Shown: piece after piece, positions 1 through 4,845 of the stretch
Layout of the letters: every line of letters begins with the position of its first letter
Numbering within the stretch: position 1 is the first letter of the stretch
Virus record (IMG/VR): IMGVR_UViG_2529292833_000009
From: a virus
Taxonomy: Duplodnaviria > Heunggongvirae > Uroviricota > Caudoviricetes
DNA: 4,845 nucleotides
Reading direction: 5' to 3' (one strand)
Notes under the pieces: model-generated
Seen by the model: the letters and a program-made list of their open reading frames with translations, nothing else
Told to the model about the DNA's origin: nothing
The model's database searches: none
Made by a program: the position numbers and the translations under genes

Positions 1-582
1 GACCTTCGTGTGAAAACGGGGGCTGAAGCCATCCGCGCACTGGCCACACAGCTCCCGGCGTTTCGTCAGAAACTGAGCGACGGCTGGTATCAGGTACGGA
101 TTGCCGGGCGGGACGTCAGCACGTCCGGGTTAACGGCGCAGTTACATGAGACTCTGCCTGATGGCGCTGTGATTCATATTGTTCCCAGAGTCGCCGGGGC
201 CAAGTCAGGTGGCGTATTCCAGATTGTCCTGGGGGCTGCCGCCATTGCCGGATCATTCTTTACCGCCGGAGCCACCCTTGCAGCATGGGGGGCAGCCATT
301 GGGGCCGGTGGTATGACCGGCATCCTGTTTTCTCTCGGTGCCAGTATGGTGCTCGGTGGTGTGGCGCAGATGCTGGCACCGAAAGCCAGAACTCCCCGTA
401 CACAGACAACGGATAACGGCAAACAGAACACCTATTTCTCCTCCCTGGATAACATGGTTGCCCAGGGTAATGTTCTGCCGGTTCTGTACGGTGAAATGCG
501 CGTGGGGTCACGCGTGGTTTCTCAGGAGATCAGCACGGCAGACGAAGGGGATGGTGGTCAGGTTGTGGTGATTGGTCGCTGA
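1..582 (+). CDS. I: Tail assembly protein I, 5'-truncated by the window edge (C-terminal ~194 codons present)
   Basis: The frame is open from base 1 (gac ctt cgt gtg aaa..., translating DLRVKTGAEAIRALATQLPAFRQKLSDGWYQVRIAGRD...) to TGA at 580..582. The translation matches my recollection of lambda gpI essentially residue for residue. The GTG at 10 in the ORF track is an internal codon, not the start. It contains a Gly/Ala-rich hydrophobic stretch (GAAAIAGSFFTAGATLAAWGAAIGAGGMTGILFSLGASMVLGG). Gene J follows 59 bp downstream, as in lambda. Confidence 0.9.
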   Translation, partial: DLRVKTGAEAIRALATQLPAFRQKLSDGWYQVRIAGRDVSTSGLTAQLHETLPDGAVIHIVPRVAGAKSGGVFQIVLGAAAIAGSFFTAGATLAAWGAAIGAGGMTGILFSLGASMVLGGVAQMLAPKARTPRTQTTDNGKQNTYFSSLDNMVAQGNVLPVLYGEMRVGSRVVSQEISTADEGDGGQVVVIGR

Positions 583-641
583 CCTCTCAGTAAATATCAA
601 TACGGTTCTGACGAGTCGCTTACGTTTATGGAGCATGACGA

Positions 642-2267
642 ATGGGTAAAGGCAGCAGTAAGGGGCATACCCCGCGCGAAGCGAAGGACAACCTGAAGTC
701 CACGCAGCTGCTGAGTGTGATCGATGCCATCAGCGAAGGGCCGGTTGAAGGTCCGGTGGATGGATTAAAAAGCGTGCTGCTGAACAGTACGCCGGTGCTG
801 GACACTGAGGGGAATACCAACATCTCCGGTGTCACGGTGGTGTTCCGTGCCGGTGAGCAGGAGCAGACACCGCCGGAGGGGTTTGAATCCTCCGGCTCCG
901 AGACGGTGCTGGGTACGGAAGTGAAATATGACACGCCGATCACCCGCACCATTACGTCTGCAAACATCGACCGTCTGCGCTTTACCTTCGGTGTGCAGGC
1001 ACTGGTGGAAACCACCTCAAAGGGGGACCGGAATCCGTCGGAAGTCCGCCTGCTGGTTCAGATCCAGCGTAATGGTGGCTGGGTGACGGAAAAAGACATC
1101 ACCATTAAGGGCAAAACCACCTCGCAGTATCTGGCCTCGGTGGTGGTGGGTAACCTGCCGCCGCGCCCGTTCAATATACGGATGCGCAGGATGACGCCGG
1201 ACAGCACCACAGACCAGCTGCAGAACAAAACGCTCTGGTCGTCATACACCGAAATTATCGATGTGAAACAGTGCTACCCGAACACGGCACTGGTCGGCGT
1301 GCAGGTGGACTCGGAGCAGTTCGGCAGCCAGCAGGTGAGCCGTAATTATCATCTGCGCGGGCGTATTCTGCAGGTGCCGTCGAATTATAACCCGCAGACG
1401 CGGCAATACAGCGGTATCTGGGACGGAACGTTTAAACCGGCATACAGCAACAACATGGCCTGGTGTCTGTGGGATATGCTGACCCATCCGCGCTACGGCA
1501 TGGGGAAACGTCTTGGTGCGGCAGATGTGGATAAATGGGCGTTGTATGTTATCGGCCAGTACTGCGACCAGTCAGTGCCGGACGGCTTTGGCGGCACGGA
1601 GCCGCGCATCACCTGTAATGCGTACCTGACCACACAGCGCAAGGCGTGGGATGTGCTCAGTGATTTCTGCTCGGCGATGCGCTGTATGCCGGTATGGAAC
1701 GGGCAGACGCTGACGTTCGTGCAGGACCGGCCGTCGGATAAGGTGTGGACCTATAACCGCAGTAATGTGGTGATGCCGGATGATGGCGCGCCGTTCCGCT
1801 ACAGTTTCAGCGCCCTGAAGGACCGCCATAATGCCGTTGAGGTGAACTGGATTGACCCGAACAACGGCTGGGAGACGGCGACAGAGCTTGTTGAAGATAC
1901 GCAGGCCATTGCCCGTTACGGTCGTAATGTCACGAAGATGGATGCCTTTGGTTGTACCAGCCGGGGGCAGGCACACCGCGCCGGGCTGTGGCTGATTAAA
2001 ACAGAACTGCTGGAAACGCAGACCGTGGACTTCAGCGTGGGTGCCGAAGGGCTTCGCCATGTACCGGGCGATGTCATTGAAATCTGCGATGATGACTATG
2101 CCGGTATCCGCACCGGCGGGCGCGTGCTGGCGGTAAACAGCCAGACCCGGACGCTGACGCTCGACCGTGAAATCACGCTGCCATCTTCCGGCACCACGCT
2201 GATAAGCCTGGTTGACGGGCAGGGGAGTCCGGTCAGCGTGGAGGTCAGTCCGTCACCGACGGCGTGA
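642..2267 (+). CDS. J: J N-terminal fragment (541 aa as it stands; truncated by the first frameshift)
   Basis: ORF-track entry 642..2267. Lambda J-like sequence runs up to ...GSPVSVEV, after which the frame 0 tail SPSPTA* is out-of-frame read-through following a 1-bp deletion near 2246. Confidence 0.85.
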   Translation: MGKGSSKGHTPREAKDNLKSTQLLSVIDAISEGPVEGPVDGLKSVLLNSTPVLDTEGNTNISGVTVVFRAGEQEQTPPEGFESSGSETVLGTEVKYDTPITRTITSANIDRLRFTFGVQALVETTSKGDRNPSEVRLLVQIQRNGGWVTEKDITIKGKTTSQYLASVVVGNLPPRPFNIRMRRMTPDSTTDQLQNKTLWSSYTEIIDVKQCYPNTALVGVQVDSEQFGSQQVSRNYHLRGRILQVPSNYNPQTRQYSGIWDGTFKPAYSNNMAWCLWDMLTHPRYGMGKRLGAADVDKWALYVIGQYCDQSVPDGFGGTEPRITCNAYLTTQRKAWDVLSDFCSAMRCMPVWNGQTLTFVQDRPSDKVWTYNRSNVVMPDDGAPFRYSFSALKDRHNAVEVNWIDPNNGWETATELVEDTQAIARYGRNVTKMDAFGCTSRGQAHRAGLWLIKTELLETQTVDFSVGAEGLRHVPGDVIEICDDDYAGIRTGGRVLAVNSQTRTLTLDREITLPSSGTTLISLVDGQGSPVSVEVSPSPTA

Positions 2268-2370
2268 AGGTGAAAGTGAGCCGTGTTCCTGACGGCGTTG
2301 CGAATACAGCGTTGGGGGCTGAAGCTGCCGACGTGCGCCAGCGCCTGTTCCGCTGCGTGAGTATCCGTGA

Positions 2371-4035
<1,665 letters not shown>

Positions 4036-4053
4036 ATTTTATAACCCAGAACG

Positions 4054-4080
4054 GGCGTCAGAAATGACGCCTTTTTTATT
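4054..4080 (+). terminator. Rho-independent terminator downstream of J
   Basis: Perfect 7-bp stem GGCGTCA (4054..4060) and TGACGCC (4065..4071) around a GAAA loop, followed by TTTTTT (4072..4077). It lies 19 bp after the J stop codon. Confidence 0.7.
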
Positions 4081-4101
4081 GCAGAAAAGCGAGAGGTAAT
4101 T

Positions 4102-4701
4102 ATGCGTAAACTTTATGCCGCCATTTTGTCCGCAGCCATTTGTCTGGCCGTATCCGGTGCGCCTGCATGGGCGTCTGAACATCAGTCCACGCTGAGCGCG
4201 GGGTATCTTCATGCCCGGACGAACGTTCCCGGCAGTGATGATCTGAACGGGATTAACGTGAAATACCGTTATGAGTTTACGGACACACTGGGGATGGTGA
4301 CGTCGTTCAGCTATGCAGGAGACAAGAATCGCCAGCTGACCCGTTACAGCGATACCCGCTGGTATGAAGATTCCGTGCGTAACCGCTGGTTCAGCGTGAT
4401 GGCGGGGCCGTCTGTACGCGTGAATGAATGGTTCAGCGCGTATGCGATGGCGGGTGTGGCTTACAGCCGTGTGTCGACTTTTTCCGGGGATTATATCCGC
4501 GTAACTGACAATAAGGGGAAAACGCACGATGTGCTGACCGGAAGTGATGACGGTCGCCACAGCAACACGTCTCTGGTGTGGGGGGCTGGCGTGCAGTTTA
4601 ACCCGACCGAATCCGTGGCCATTGATGTCGCTTATGAAGGCTCCGGCAGTGGTGACTGGCGCACTGACGGGTTCATCGTGGGTGTTGGTTATAAATTCTG
4701 A
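4102..4701 (+). CDS. lom: Lom-family outer membrane beta-barrel protein (Ail/Lom/PagC/Rck family), divergent allele of lambda Lom
   Basis: ATG at 4102 is preceded by GAGAGG at 4091..4096. A signal peptide is predicted (MRKLYAAILSAAICLAVSGAPAWA, cleavage before SEHQ). It shares motifs with recalled lambda Lom (GINVKYRYE, SVMAGP, SAYAMAGVA) and a near-identical C-terminal strand ending in the aromatic terminal residue typical of OM beta-barrels (DVAYEGSGSGDWRTDGFIVGVGYKF). Its position between J and stf matches lambda. Confidence 0.88.
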   Translation: MRKLYAAILSAAICLAVSGAPAWASEHQSTLSAGYLHARTNVPGSDDLNGINVKYRYEFTDTLGMVTSFSYAGDKNRQLTRYSDTRWYEDSVRNRWFSVMAGPSVRVNEWFSAYAMAGVAYSRVSTFSGDYIRVTDNKGKTHDVLTGSDDGRHSNTSLVWGAGVQFNPTESVAIDVAYEGSGSGDWRTDGFIVGVGYKF

Positions 4702-4728
4702 TTAGCCAGGTAACACAGTGTTATGACA

Positions 4729-4754
4729 GCCCGCCGGTTCAGGCGGGCTTTTTT
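4729..4754 (+). terminator. Rho-independent terminator downstream of lom
   Basis: Perfect 7-bp stem GCCCGCC (4729..4735) and GGCGGGC (4742..4748) around loop GGTTCA, followed by TTTTTT (4749..4754). It lies 28 bp after the lom stop codon. Confidence 0.7.
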
Positions 4755-4765
4755 GTGGGGTGAAT

Positions 4766-4845
4766 ATGGCAGTAAAGATTTCAGGTGTACTGAAAGACGG
4801 CACAGGAAAACCGGTACAGAACTGCACAATCCAGCTGAAAGCAAA
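4766..4845 (+). CDS. stf: Side tail fibre protein Stf, N-terminal 26 codons only (3'-truncated by the window edge)
   Basis: ATG at 4766 is preceded by a G-rich stretch (GTGGGG, 4755..4760). The translation MAVKISGVLKDGTGKPVQNCTIQLKA matches the recalled N-terminus of lambda Stf (orf-401). Its position immediately downstream of lom matches lambda. Confidence 0.75.
   Translation, partial: MAVKISGVLKDGTGKPVQNCTIQLKA

Noticed and set aside
174-571. Short ORFs inside gene I (174..431 minus, 260..511 minus, 338..571 plus)
   Set aside because: All are nested within the gpI coding region in alternative frames, and none has the sequence features of a real gene.
626-1015. 129-aa ORF on the minus strand across the I-J junction
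   Set aside because: It is antisense to the J start region and lacks a ribosome-binding site. Spurious.
1572-2060. 162-aa ORF on the minus strand
   Set aside because: It is antisense to the conserved N-terminal half of J. There is no independent evidence for it, and its composition is typical of an antisense artefact.
4036-4101. Possible sigma70 promoter for lom (TATAAC at 4040..4045)
   Set aside because: There is no acceptable -35 hexamer at 16..18 bp spacing, and the hexamer lies upstream of the terminator hairpin rather than after it. It is too weak to annotate as a feature.
4039-4560. 173-aa ORF on the minus strand overlapping lom
   Set aside because: It is antisense to a well-supported Lom-family gene, would run through the J terminator hairpin, and has an Arg/His-rich low-complexity composition. 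Spurious.

Overview
The window is the distal tail module of a lambda-like (lambdoid) siphovirus, most likely a prophage in an enterobacterial genome, with every gene on the + strand in lambda order: the 3' end of tail assembly gene I (1..582), tail-tip/host-specificity gene J (642..4035), an intrinsic terminator, the lom outer-membrane-protein moron (4102..4701), a second terminator, and the first 26 codons of side tail fibre gene stf (4766..4845). Identifications rest on recalled lambda protein sequences, not on a database search. Three things stand out. First, J is not one open frame: five single-base deletions cluster within about 135 bp (2244..2380), so the lambda-like peptide is encoded piecewise across frames 0, 2, 1, 0, 2 and 1. 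Second, the last ~150 codons of J (about 3580..4035) are unlike lambda and look lower in GC, consistent with a swapped receptor-binding domain. Third, lom is a divergent allele insulated by hairpin terminators on both sides. I see no rRNA, tRNA, CRISPR array, transposase or recognisable defence system, and no convincing evidence of a previously undescribed system. The long minus-strand ORFs look like antisense artefacts of GC-rich coding sequence.
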